Shown here in pieces: positions 13,557 to 24,490 of a stretch of DNA of 64,000 nucleotides (positions are counted from its first letter, which is position 1; the number at the start of each line of letters is the position of its first letter). Location: assembly GCA_038087875.1 (NCBI GenBank), contig CM075997.1, positions 3,226,001 through 3,290,000 of the forward strand, in the 5' to 3' direction. The stretch is from Malacoraja senta (Eukaryota). A program made the translations under genes and the position numbers. The notes under the pieces were generated by a model. It ran no database searches, was not told the DNA's origin, and saw only the letters and a program-made list of their open reading frames with translations.

Positions 13557-13956
13557 CAAAGATGCTATATCGGAGCAAGATAGACCACTCCTGCTAAATG
13601 CAACGGGCTGACGTGTGGTACGCAACGGAGTGGAACGTGGGCCTTTTTTCCATCCATTTCAGTAACCCGACCCGACCCGACTCGCAGTGTAATCAACGTT
13701 GCGGGGGAACAGTTTGTGTTTATAAATTATAATTCTTCAAATGAAGAGAAGATTTTTACCAAAGAACTTTTATTTTTACGAGGATGTTTCCGTAACCGGC
13801 TTCCGTCTCCTCACTAGTATCTTTGCTCCGCTATGACGGGATCTTTGGTGCGGAGACGGAAGCCGGTTACGGAAATGGGGCCGAAAATTACCCATGAATC
13901 TGCCCATGACCGTCTTTTTCGTCGAGTGGACTATCTTGCTTGCTATAGGATCTTTG
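13557..13956. mobile_element. MITE with 8-bp TSD (hAT or P superfamily)
   Basis: TSD GTGTTATG at 13549-13556 and 13957-13964; imperfect ~33-bp TIRs CAAAGAT..GCAAGATAG.CCACTC. Confidence 0.85.
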
Positions 13957-14019
13957 GTGTTATGTATCCCAGTCAGTACTTTGATTTGAACTCATGTAGA
14001 AACACATAACATATAATAG

Positions 14020-14336
14020 GGGGGTACAGGGGCGCAGCGGTAGAGTCGCTGCCTTGCAGCGCCAGAGACCCGGGTTCGATCCTGACTACAGTTGCTGTCT
14101 GTGTGGAGTTTGCACGTTCTCCCAGTGACCGCGTGGGTTTTCTCCGGGATCTTTGGTTTCCTCCCACACTCCAAAGACCTACAGGTTTGCAGGTTAATTG
14201 GCTTTGGTATGAATGTAAAATTGTCCCCTAGTGTGTGAAGGATAGTGTTAATGTGCAGGGATCGCTGGTCGGCGCGGACTCGGTAGGTCGAATGGCCTGT
14301 TTCCGTGCTGTATCTCGAAACTAAACTAAACTAAAC
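14020..14336 (+). mobile_element. tRNA-derived HE1-like SINE, near full length (representative; many copies and fragments in the window)
   Basis: A box ggcgcagcggtagag, B box gggttcgatcc, central gtggagtttgcacgttctcc..gggttttctccggg, (CTAAA)n tail. Confidence 0.88.
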
Positions 14337-16056
14337 TGCAATCTTGAGCAAACAGCAAACTAGTGGATGAAACTCAACTGGTCAGGTAATGGACAGATGA
14401 CGTTTCAGGTTGGGACTGTTTTTCAGACAGAAACTGGTAAAGAGAAATAGGGGGTGGATGAGTGATAGGTGGATACAGGTGATGGATATGGTTGGCAAAT
14501 GGATGGAGATAGTGACAATGGCTAGAGTTTTAGTTTAGTTTAGTGTAGGTTAGATAGTTTAGTTTATTGTCACGTATACCGAGGTACAGTGAAAAGCTTT
14601 TGTAGCGTGCTAACCAGTTAGCGGAAAGACAATACATGATTACAATCGAGCCATCCACAGTGTACAGATACATGATAAGGGGATAACATGAAGTTTAAGA
14701 AGAGGAGTTTAAGAAGGGCATAGTCAAAGTAAGAAATACTGCTGTCGTAGTAGAGGTTCGGAAGAGTGGAGTGATTGCAATATGTGATTGCAGATCCATT
14801 CTGTGGCCAGCACCCAAAGAGTCGCCTGGCTTGGCAATGGGGGTAAGAAGAGGCGAGATAAGGAAAGAAGAAGAGGAGTGAAATGTAAAGCTGGAGGGAA
14901 GGGGACAGGGGCAGGGGAAAGAGGGGCAATAAAAGGGAAACGGGGGAGTAGGGAGGGGTGGGAGATAAGAGGAAGGTGGAAGGGATAGGAACAAGGTGAT
15001 GGGGTGGTCGCAGAAAGTTGTGTGGACCAGTGGGGAATGAGAAGGGGGTCAGGCGGGAGGGGGGAGGGTGTTACTTGAAATTCATGCCATTGAGTTTCAG
15101 GTACCCAAGCGGAATATGGGTACTTCCAGTTTGTGTGTGGTCTCATTGAGGCAATGGAGGAGGCCCAGGATAGACGGGCGGTCATGGTGGCGCAGCGGTA
15201 GCGTTGCTGCCTTACAGCGTAAGCAGCGCCGGAGACCCGGGTTCGATCCCGACTGCGTGGGTTTTCTCCGAGATCTTCGGTTTCCTCCCACACTCCAAAG
15301 ACATACAGGTTTGTAGTTTAATTGGCTTGTAAATGTAAAAATTGTCCCTCGTGGGTGTAGGATAGTTTTAATGTGCGGGGATCACTGGTCCGGTGGGCCG
15401 AAGGGCCTGTTTCCGCGCTGTATCTCTAAACTAAACTAAACTAAAACTAAAAGGTTGGGATGGAAATGGGAAGAGGAGTTAAAATGGTTTGCAACTGGGA
15501 GATCCAGCAGGCCTGGATTAGAGTGCAAGTCTCTGGCATAATGGTTGCCGAGATGCACAAAATCTCTTGCACAGAGTAGGTGAATCGAGGACCAGAGGAC
15601 ATAGGTTTAAGGTGAAGGGAAAAAGATTTAATAGAATCTAAGGTGTAACTTTTTCACACAGAGAGTGGCGGGTGTATGGAACAAGCTGCCAGAGGAGATA
15701 GTTGAGGCAGGGACTAACCCAACATTTAAGAAACACTAAGACAGGCACATGGATAGGTCAGGTTTGGAGCAATATGGACCAAATGCAGGCAGGCGGGACT
15801 AGTGTGGCTGGGGCATGTTGGCCGGTGTGGGCAAGTTGGGCCGAAGGGCCTGTTTCCATGCTGTCTCACTCCATGACTGACTCTATGACTAGTCTACGCT
15901 TGGGTTTTGCTGATGTGTAGGAGGCCACGTCGGGAACACCAGGTGAGGTTGGAAGAGGCACAAGTGAAGTGGTGCAGAGCTGGTTGCTATGTCAACACCC
16001 CCTGTGACCATTACACGGCCAGTCCTGTGCTTTCCTTTGACTTACCTCGACCTTAC

Positions 16057-17213
16057 CTCAGGATCTGGAGCCTCTTTAAGTGCCATCACTTCTTCGGACC
16101 TCTTCACCTCTTGCGTGGAGGATGACGCCGCTGCAAAGATGGCCTCCGCCTCTTCCTCCTCCCAGCTAATGATCTCCGCGGGGGGTTGCTGTCCCAGGAG
16201 GATCACGTTCCCAAAGGCCGGGTCGGACTTGGAATGGTGAGGAGCCTTCCTCTGCTTCAGTCCACACCGGTTGGTGTAGTAGCCCATGGCCGGTTCTTTC
16301 CTGTGCCGATGCGCGGGGTGGTTGGGCCTAAAGCAGGCCCCTTGGTGGTAGGAGTGGGGCAGGCAGGTGGGGTTGCCCGCCTTTGAGGTGGAAGGCTGGT
16401 ACCCCGCCTTGCCCGCTCCCTCCTGCCACATACTGAAGTTAATCTCCCGGCCGGGCTCCTCAATAGTCAAGTTGTCCATCTTGTCAATGGCCCGCTGCAT
16501 GGAGGTGATGCTGGGGATGTGGTGGGCCTGCCTGCACTCGTAGTAGCACTCGGGGTTGGAGTAGTACGACTCGTCCACCAGGCTGTAGTACTGGCGGTCG
16601 GACAGGGCCCTGCGGTCGGAGTTGAGGGCCGCGTTGAGTCCTTGCACCGACTGCTCGTAGTACTTGGTGTGCTCGTGGGTCATCTTCAGCTGCTGAATGG
16701 TGACGAACGGGTGCTTCAGGGCAGCGCTGGGGGTGATGCGTTCGTGGGAGTCCAGAGTCAGCATCCTCTTGATCAGCTCCACCATGTTCTTGCGGTCGTG
16801 GAACTCGGCGATCACCTCGTCGTCGGGGAAGATGGTCTTGGTGATGTTGATGGTCTCCAGCTGGTCCAGTGACTTGAGCATGTACTTCCTCCTCTCCAGG
16901 GGCTGCATCGTGGTCTCCGCCTGGTAATCTGCGGCGCACTTGAGCTGCCACTGCGGGCCGGAGTGCTGGCGAGGGCCGCGGTGGAAGAACTGAGCCGCCT
17001 TGGTGGCGGCGTTGAGGAGCTGGTCTTTCGGCAGCCCCTGGGTCTCCACGATGTAGCGGATCTGGTCGTACTCACTGTTGCCGGGGTAGAGGGGCCAGCC
17101 CAGATGAAGCTCGGCCATCACGCAGCCCAGCGACCACATGTCCACCTTCTCGCAGAAGGGAAGACCCAGCAGGATCTCGGGCGAGCGGTAAAACCTGGAC
17201 TGGATGTAGGGTT
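16057..17213 (-). CDS. HIPK4: Homeodomain-interacting protein kinase 4, large internal exon (kinase C-lobe plus C-terminal region)
   Basis: Translation EPYIQSRFYRSPEILLGLPFCEKVDMWSLGCVMAELHLGWPLYPGNSEYDQIRY...PLERRKYMLKSLDQLE...MVELIKRML...HERITPSAALKHPFV...MQRAIDKMDNL...SKSDPAFGN matches the HIPK4 signature (EPY activation loop). Acceptor ctaac..cccttctgccttcccgcag|AA at 17213; donor GAG|gtaagg at 16057/16056. Confidence 0.95.
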
Positions 17214-17639
17214 CTGCGGGAAGGCAGAAGGGACACGTTAGTGCAGAAGGAAAAGAGGACGCTCCACACAGCTCGCAAAATCCACACAGGGCCTGATGTG
17301 GGAACGTTTCCTGCAAACTTGGAATTTGGGACCAAGGTGGACAGATGAGAAGAAAGGTTCTCATCTTGAAAGGACAGAGTGCTGGAGTAACTCAACAGGT
17401 CAGGTAGCATCTCTGGAAAACATGGATAGGTGATGTTTTGGGTCAGGACCCTTCATCTGACTGATTAGTTTAGTTTAGTTTAGAGATACAGCATGGAAAC
17501 AGGCCCATCGGCCCACCGAGTCCACGCCAACCAGCGACCCCTGTACACCAGCACTATCCTACAGAATAGGGACAATTTACAATCTTTACCCAAGCCAATC
17601 AACCTACAAACCTGTATGTCTTTGGAGTGTGGGAGGACA

Positions 17640-17905
17640 ATATAGACAATAGACAATAGGTGCAGGAGTAGGCCATTTGGCCCTTTGAGCCAGCACTGCC
17701 ATTCAATGTGATCATGGCTGATCATCCCCAATCAGTACCCCGTTCCTGCCTTCTCCCCATATCCCCTGACTCTGCTATTTTTAAGAGCCCTATCTAGCTC
17801 TCTCTTCAAAGCATCCAGAGAACCTGCCTCCACCGCCCTCTGAGGCAGAGAATTCCACAGACTCACCACTCTCTGTGAGAAAAAGTGTTTCCTCGTCTCC
17901 GTTCC
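17640..17905 (-). mobile_element. CR1 LINE 3' fragment with (CTATTGT)n tail, nested in a SINE
   Basis: HFFSQRVVSLWNSLPQRAVEAGSLD; near-identical copies at 3036-3238 (+) and 24491-24792 (+). Confidence 0.85.
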
Positions 17906-19334
17906 ATATGGCTTACTCCTTATTCTTAAAAAGGAAACCGGTGCTCCCGGAGAAAACACACGTGGTCACGGGGAGAACGTGCAAACTCCGTATAGACAGC
18001 ACTCATGGTCAGGATCAAACCCGGGACTCTGGCGCTCGCTGTGAGGCAGCAGCTCTACTGCTGCATCAGTGTGCCGCCCCTGATAGGTGGCATTTCAGGT
18101 CAAGACCCCTCTTCAGGTGACCTTTCCGGTCATGGTCCGAAACTTTGCCAATCCATGCTCTCCAGGGATGCTGCCTGACTCACTGAGTTACTCCAGCACT
18201 TTGTGTCCTTTTGTGTATTGACCAGCACTTGCAGTTCCTTGTTTCACAAGATAGGATCCAGAACTGAGATGAGGAGAAATCTCTCAGTTCTATTGTACTT
18301 GAGTTTGACTTGATTGTATTTATGTATAGTATAATCTGATCGCATGCACAACAACGTTTTTCACTGTACCTCGGTACATGTGACAATAATAGATCTAAAC
18401 CTAAACCTGGATCCATTGATTCTGCAGCTGGAAGGGTCGATAATTAAATTAATCAAACAAAAAGCTCCCACAAATTATCATGTTTTTCTTAAGAGTGCAG
18501 TATTTTAGTTTAACTTAGTTTAGAAGTACAGTGTGGAAACAAACCCTACTGCCCGTCGAGCCCACGCCGACCAGCGATCACCCCGTACCCCTCCCCCCAT
18601 CAGTCTGAGGAAGGGTTTTGGCCCGAAACGTTGCCTATTTCCTTCGGTCCATAGATGCTGCTGCACCCGCTGAGTTTCTCCAGCATTTTTGTGTACACCC
18701 CATACACTAGTTCTATCCTACACACAACTTACTGAAGCCAATTAACCTACAGGCTCACACGTCTTTGGAGTGTGGGAGGAAACCCACGCGGCCACAGGGA
18801 GAACGTACAAACTCCGTACAGACAGCACCCGTGGTCAGGATTGAACCTGGGGTTTCTGGCGCTGTGAGGCAGCAACTCTACCGCTGCGCCGCGGTGCCAC
18901 AACAGTCTTGGCTCCAAAGACCCGTTGTTCTGGCGGCATCGAACCTCTCCTCCGCCCGCCGCCATCTTGGAAACGACCCTTTGTCTGGCGACCGCCACCG
19001 ACTCTCTCCACCATCTCCGTGGTCCCCAGCTTTCGGGGTCCAGCAGGGGAGGAGCCTCGGACGACCCCAGGTGGGTTCCCGGTTCCTGGGTGGGCGAGCC
19101 AGGCCCACTGTCGAGGGACGGCAGCGGCTCCAGGGGAACTTCTCACAGAAGAAGAGAACATCTTCAAAGCAGGCTTGCATTGAGGAGATCTCACAGGGGA
19201 GCAGTAAAATGGAGACACAAGTGCTGGCGTCTTGGGCAAAACTCAGTGAAACTCAGCGGGTCAGGCAGCATCTGTGGAGGGAATGGATGGCCGACGTTTT
19301 GCATGGGGACGCTTCTTCAGGACTGTTTGTCGTA

Positions 19335-20080
19335 GTCAAGTCAAGTCAAGTCAAGTCACATTTATTTATATAGCACATTTAAAAACAACTCTCGTTGGCC
19401 AAAGTGCTTTACATTTGTTATAAGAATAGCACAAACAAAACAAACTACATACATATATACATGTAGCCCTCACTCAGAGGACGTCAGGAAAGGCTTGGGA
19501 GTATAGATAAGTTTTTAGTCTTGACTTAAAAGAGTCGATGGAGGGGGCAGTTCTGATGGGAAAGGGGATGCTGTTCCACAGTCTAGGGGCTGCAACCGCA
19601 AAGGCGCGGTCGCCCCTGAGCTTATGCCTAGACCGTGGGATATTCAGCAACCCCAAGTCGGCCGATCTGAGGGGCCTGGAGGTGGAGTGGTGGGTGAGAA
19701 GACTTTTAATGTAGGTGGGGGCAAGCCCATTGAGGGCTTTGTAGACATGGAGGAGGATCTTGAAGTTTATACGGAACCGCACAGGGAGCCAGTGGAGAGA
19801 GGCCAGGATCGGGGTGATGTGGTCCCTTTTTCGGGTGCCCGTCAGGAGTCTCGCTGTGGCGTTTTGGACCAGTTGCAGGCAGGACAGGGAAGATTGGCTG
19901 ATGCCAGTGTAAAGGGAGTTGCAGTAATCTAGGCGGGAGGAGATGAATGTGTGGATGATCTTTTCCAGGTCATCAAACTGGAGGAATTGTTTTATTTTAG
20001 CTATCGTCCGAAGCTGAAAGAAGATAGCTTTTACCACGGCATTGACTTGTTTATCAAATTTCAGTGCTGAGTCAAATATC
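19335..20080 (-). mobile_element. L2-clade LINE 3' fragment with (TTGAC)n tail
   Basis: 187-aa ORF FFQLRTIAKIK...IHTFISSRLDYCNSL...LQLVQNATARLL...HITPILASLHWLPVRFRINFKILL...RAFAVAAPRLWNS. Confidence 0.92.
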
Positions 20081-20224
20081 CTACGTCGTAGGTGTAAGAA
20101 AACTTGAAAAGCAGTTCCTGTACACCTTTTTAAAGTCTATATTAATTTTCTTACTAGTAACGTTTGACTGGGGTAAACCTGTCTCCATTTCCAAACATAG
20201 GGACCACATCATTACATTGTTAAA

Positions 20225-20530
20225 CTAGAGAGATGCAGCATGGTAACAGGTCCTTCGGCCCTCCAAGTCTGCACCAACCAGCGATCACCTCACACACAAG
20301 CACTATACTACACTCCAGGGACAATTTACAATTTTTTTAACCATAGCCAGTTAACCTACATACCCGCACATCTTTGGAGTGCGGGGAGAAACCGGAGCAC
20401 CCGGAGAAAACCCACGCAGGTCACGGAGAGAACGTACAAACTCCGCACAGACAGCACCTGTAGTCAGGATCGAACCCGGGTCTCTGGCGCTGTGAGGCAG
20501 CAACTCTACCGTTGAGCCACCGTGCCGCCC
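20225..20530 (-). mobile_element. HE1-like SINE
   Basis: Reverse complement of the same consensus. Confidence 0.85.
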
Positions 20531-20554
20531 GAATCTGCCGTCCTCTAATCCAGT

Positions 20555-21066
20555 TATAGAGTCATAGAGTGATACAGTGTGGAAACTGGCCCTTGACCCA
20601 ACTCACCCACACCAGCCAACAATGTCCCAGCTACCCTAGTCCCACTCGCCTGCGCTTGGTCCATATCCATCCAAACCTGTCCTATCCATGTACCTGTCCA
20701 GCTGTTTCTTAAACAATAGGATAGTCCCAGCCTTAACTGCCTCCTCTGGCAGCTCGTTCCATACACCCACCACACACTGTGTGAAAAAGTTACCCCTCTG
20801 ATTCCTATTAAATCTTTTCCCCTTCACCTTGAACCTATGTCCTCTGGTCCTTGATTCCCTTTCTCTGGGTAAAAGACTGTGCTACCCGATCTATTCCTCT
20901 CACGAATTTGTATACCTCTATAAGATCTTCCCTCATCCTCCTGCGCTCCATGGAATAGAGACCCAGCCTACTCAACCTCTCCCTGTAGCTCACACCCTCT
21001 AGTCCTGGCAACATCCTCGTAAATATTTTCTGAACCCTTTCAAGCTTGACAATATCTTTCCTATAA
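20555..21066 (-). mobile_element. CR1 LINE 3' fragment
   Basis: LERVQKIFTRMLPGL...GLYSMERRRMREDLIEVYK; NFFTQCVVGVWNELP. Confidence 0.9.
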
Positions 21067-21438
21067 CTGAACTGAACTCTGACACTATCTGTCACAAGTT
21101 GTTACTTCACTAACTTACTGTAATGTGCACAAATGCATCCCTTCCTGACTAGGAGTTTTCAAGAGTGTTTAATTGTGATATGTAAAGGAAACAGAATATT
21201 TAAATTCCAACTTGCAGCAGCATTACAGGCCCGTAAACATGATACACATGGATAATATATGATAAACAAAAATACAATAAATTAATATCCACAATACTGG
21301 TGGATAAATAAACTCAAAGTCGTTGGTGGAACTAAAGGCGATGCGTAAAAGTTCATAGTTAAGTTTGGTATTGTGCTGTGTTGTACAGCCTGTTGTTTTA
21401 TTCTCTCCAAAACAAAAAGGCATAGAGTGCTGGAGTTA

Positions 21439-21861
21439 AGGGCCCGTCCCACTTTCACGAGTTATTCACAAATTCTCCCGAGTTTTCCCCTTGATTCAAA
21501 CTCGCAGAATGTTCGTAACGAGTCCGTAGGAGGTCGTAGGAGTCCGTAGATATATCGTAGCGGCTCGTTATACCAGCCGTACGTATTCGTGGCATCAGGT
21601 AAGTCGGGACGTTTTTTCCAGCCCGATAAAAAATGTCCACGAGTAAAAAAATGGTCGGGATGAAAGAAATTGCAACTTTTTACTCGTAAGGAGGGCATCA
21701 AAATAGTCGTGGGAATTCGTAGACATACTCATAGGAGTTTGTGAACATAGTTGGGGAAGTGTCATAGGAGTTCGTAGATTACCACCATCTTGATATTTTT
21801 ATTTAGGTCCTTTAAACTCGGCAGAGGTTTTGAATTAGGTCGTGAAAGTGGGACAGGCCCT
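21439..21861. mobile_element. PIF/Harbinger-like MITE
   Basis: TIRs AGGGCCCGTCCCACTTTCACGA / TCGTGAAAGTGGGACAGGCCCT; flanks TTA/TAA; interrupts a Penelope-derived element at ggag-taa-ctcagc. Confidence 0.8.
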
Positions 21862-24290
21862 TAACTCAGCGGGTCAGGCAACTGTCAAGCTGGAGATCAT
21901 AAATAGGTCTTTTTAGAGCATGAAGGTTGATTTTTGGTCAGGGCCCTTCTTCAGACGTTCATCACCGAACCACGTTCTCCAGAGGTGCAGTGGGCGGTAC
22001 AGTGGCTTTGAGCTACTGCCTTACAGCGCCAGAGACCCGGGTTCAATCCTGACAACAGATGCTTGTCTGTACGGAGTTTGTACATTCTCCCAGTGGTCTC
22101 CGAGATCTTCGGTTTCCCCCCACATCTCAAAGGCGTACAGGTTGGTAGGTTAATTGGCTTGGTATTAAAAAATGTAAACTTTCCCTAGTGTGTGTAGGAT
22201 AGTGTTAGTGTGCGGAGATCGCAGGTCAGTACGGACTCGGTGGGCCGAAGGGCCTGTTTCCGCACTGTATCTCTAAACTAAAAACTAAGATGCTGCTTGA
22301 CCCGCTAAGTTACTCCAGCACTTTGTGTCTAGTTTTGTAATCCAGCATCTGCAGTTCCTTGTGTCTCCATTCACCCTCGTTAATAAAAGAAATTGTATCT
22401 TCATTTATTTTTATATCTCAGCTTCAAATGTCAGATTTATTTGCACGTCAAGTTAATTTCCTGAAAACTAAACTGCAGAAACTTAGATAACATTTATGTC
22501 ATTTCCTTGTTTTTGTTGGGAGATTTTTCCAGGATTAGACGTCATTGTCAATGCCAGCATTAATTTTCCATTCCCCAGTGTGTAGTGTGGGCCTATTTTT
22601 TGAATTGAATTGAATTGAATGCTATTTATTGTCATTCAAACCAAGGCTTGAACGAAATTTTTCTCAGCCTAACTTTTCTTTAGCTATTTATGTTTTGTAT
22701 TACAGTAAACCCTCGTTATAATGGACTGCACGGTAGGGGATAGAGTCCGTTATTGCAGATTGTCCGCTATAACCAAGTAAGGCGGATCATATAACCATAT
22801 AACCATATAACCATTACAGCACGGAAACAGGCCATCTCGGCCCTTCAAGTCCTTTTTTTTTTTTTTGCATGACAGAAGCCTCCTCGTGGCAATCCCCACA
22901 ATCGACGACACGATACACTTTGTGACGCGTCGGCGGCCAATTCTGTCAACATGTTGGACGACGACGGAAGCCAATACATCGTCTGACACACGAGCGAACG
23001 AACGAACCAAGTAAGGTGTTATCATTGTATAGGTAGTGGTAACAAACTACTACCAACACAATGCTCAAAATGGACACAAAGTGCTGGGGTAACTCAGTGG
23101 GTCAGGCAGCATCTCTGGAGGAAAAAGGGATAGGTGACGTTTCAGGTCTGGACCTTTCGTCAGTGTGAAAGTAGAGGGAGGGAACTATAGATAGACAAGG
23201 CCATCATTGGGTATTTGGGCACAAGGCACAGTTCTAAAGGGTGTGCAAGAACAGAAGCCAGATTGCACGGGTGGATTAATCCTGGTCAGGGCAGCGACGT
23301 GTTGAGGGAGTATTCACTGAGGATATAGGACGCTGGGATTCATAAAGAGACAGAATATAAAAACAGAGAAATAGTGGAAAATACAGGCTGGCTCACAGCT
23401 GGAGCATTGGGTCTAATTCTGGCCTCCACACTTGAGGAAGGATATGAAAGAGAGCGTGCAGGAAAGGTGTGCTGGAACAGGTCCAGGAATGACCGACCAG
23501 CTCCAGGGTTGCACTAGAAAGCTGACAACGCTGCGGTGTGAACATTGATTCCTCTCATTTCAAGTAACTCCTGCATTCCCTCACTCCCCCCCTCCCCTCC
23601 CCCACCCTAGTCATCCTCCTAGTTCCACTGTTCACATCCTTGTACCCCTTTGTTTTCACCTCTTCCCAGCCATCAATGGGCCATTGTGGCCGCGCCCTTT
23701 CTTGGTCATCTGTTGCTGGCCTGAATTTGTTCTGGCCTTGTCTAGCGACAGATCCCTCCCTCTACTTTCAGTCTGAAGAAGGGTTCTGACCTGAAACGTC
23801 ACCCATTCCTTTTCTCCAGAGATGCTGCCCGACTCGCTGAGTTACTCCAGCACTTTGTGTCTACCTTTGGAATAAACCAGCATCTGCAATTCATTGTTCC
23901 AAGATCAACCAATCTCTCCAAGGAATGAGGAAAATTTGGATGATGATATTGGGTCTGAACTGAATCCAGCGCAAAGTTTAAGCATCGGTAAATATGGGAA
24001 TCAGAAAGAATGTGTGAAGAAGGGTCTCGACCCGAAACGTCATCTATTCCTTATCTCCAGAGACGCTGTCTGATCCGCTGAGTTACTCCAGCTTATTGTG
24101 TCTATCTTCAGCATCTCTGGAGAACATGGATCGGTGACATTTTGGGTAGGCGATCTTCTTCCGATTCCTGGTCTGGAACTGGGCCTGGAATCCAGGTGGG
24201 TTGACGGGGGAGAGGCGTGGATCGCCGGAGTCGATGGTCACGGCCCGCGGGAGGCCAGAGGGCTGGCGGTGGTGGTGGTGGAAGCGGTAC

Positions 24291-24490
24291 NNNNNNNNNN
24301 NNNNNNNNNNNNNNNNNNNNNNNNNNNNNNNNNNNNNNNNNNNNNNNNNNNNNNNNNNNNNNNNNNNNNNNNNNNNNNNNNNNNNNNNNNNNNNNNNNNN
24401 NNNNNNNNNNNNNNNNNNNNNNNNNNNNNNNNNNNNNNNNNNNNNNNNNNNNNNNNNNNNNNNNNNNNNNNNNNNNNNNNNNNNNNNNNN
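24291..24490. other. Assembly gap (200 N)
   Basis: Run of N. Confidence 1.

Noticed and set aside
14020..14090. tRNA-like sequences with A and B boxes
   Set aside because: SINE heads continuing into the SINE body; no complete cloverleaf
16042..17364. Treating the 440-aa ORF as a complete single-exon gene starting at 17364
   Set aside because: The first ~50 residues are intronic (branch point and acceptor before 17213) and the kinase N-lobe is absent
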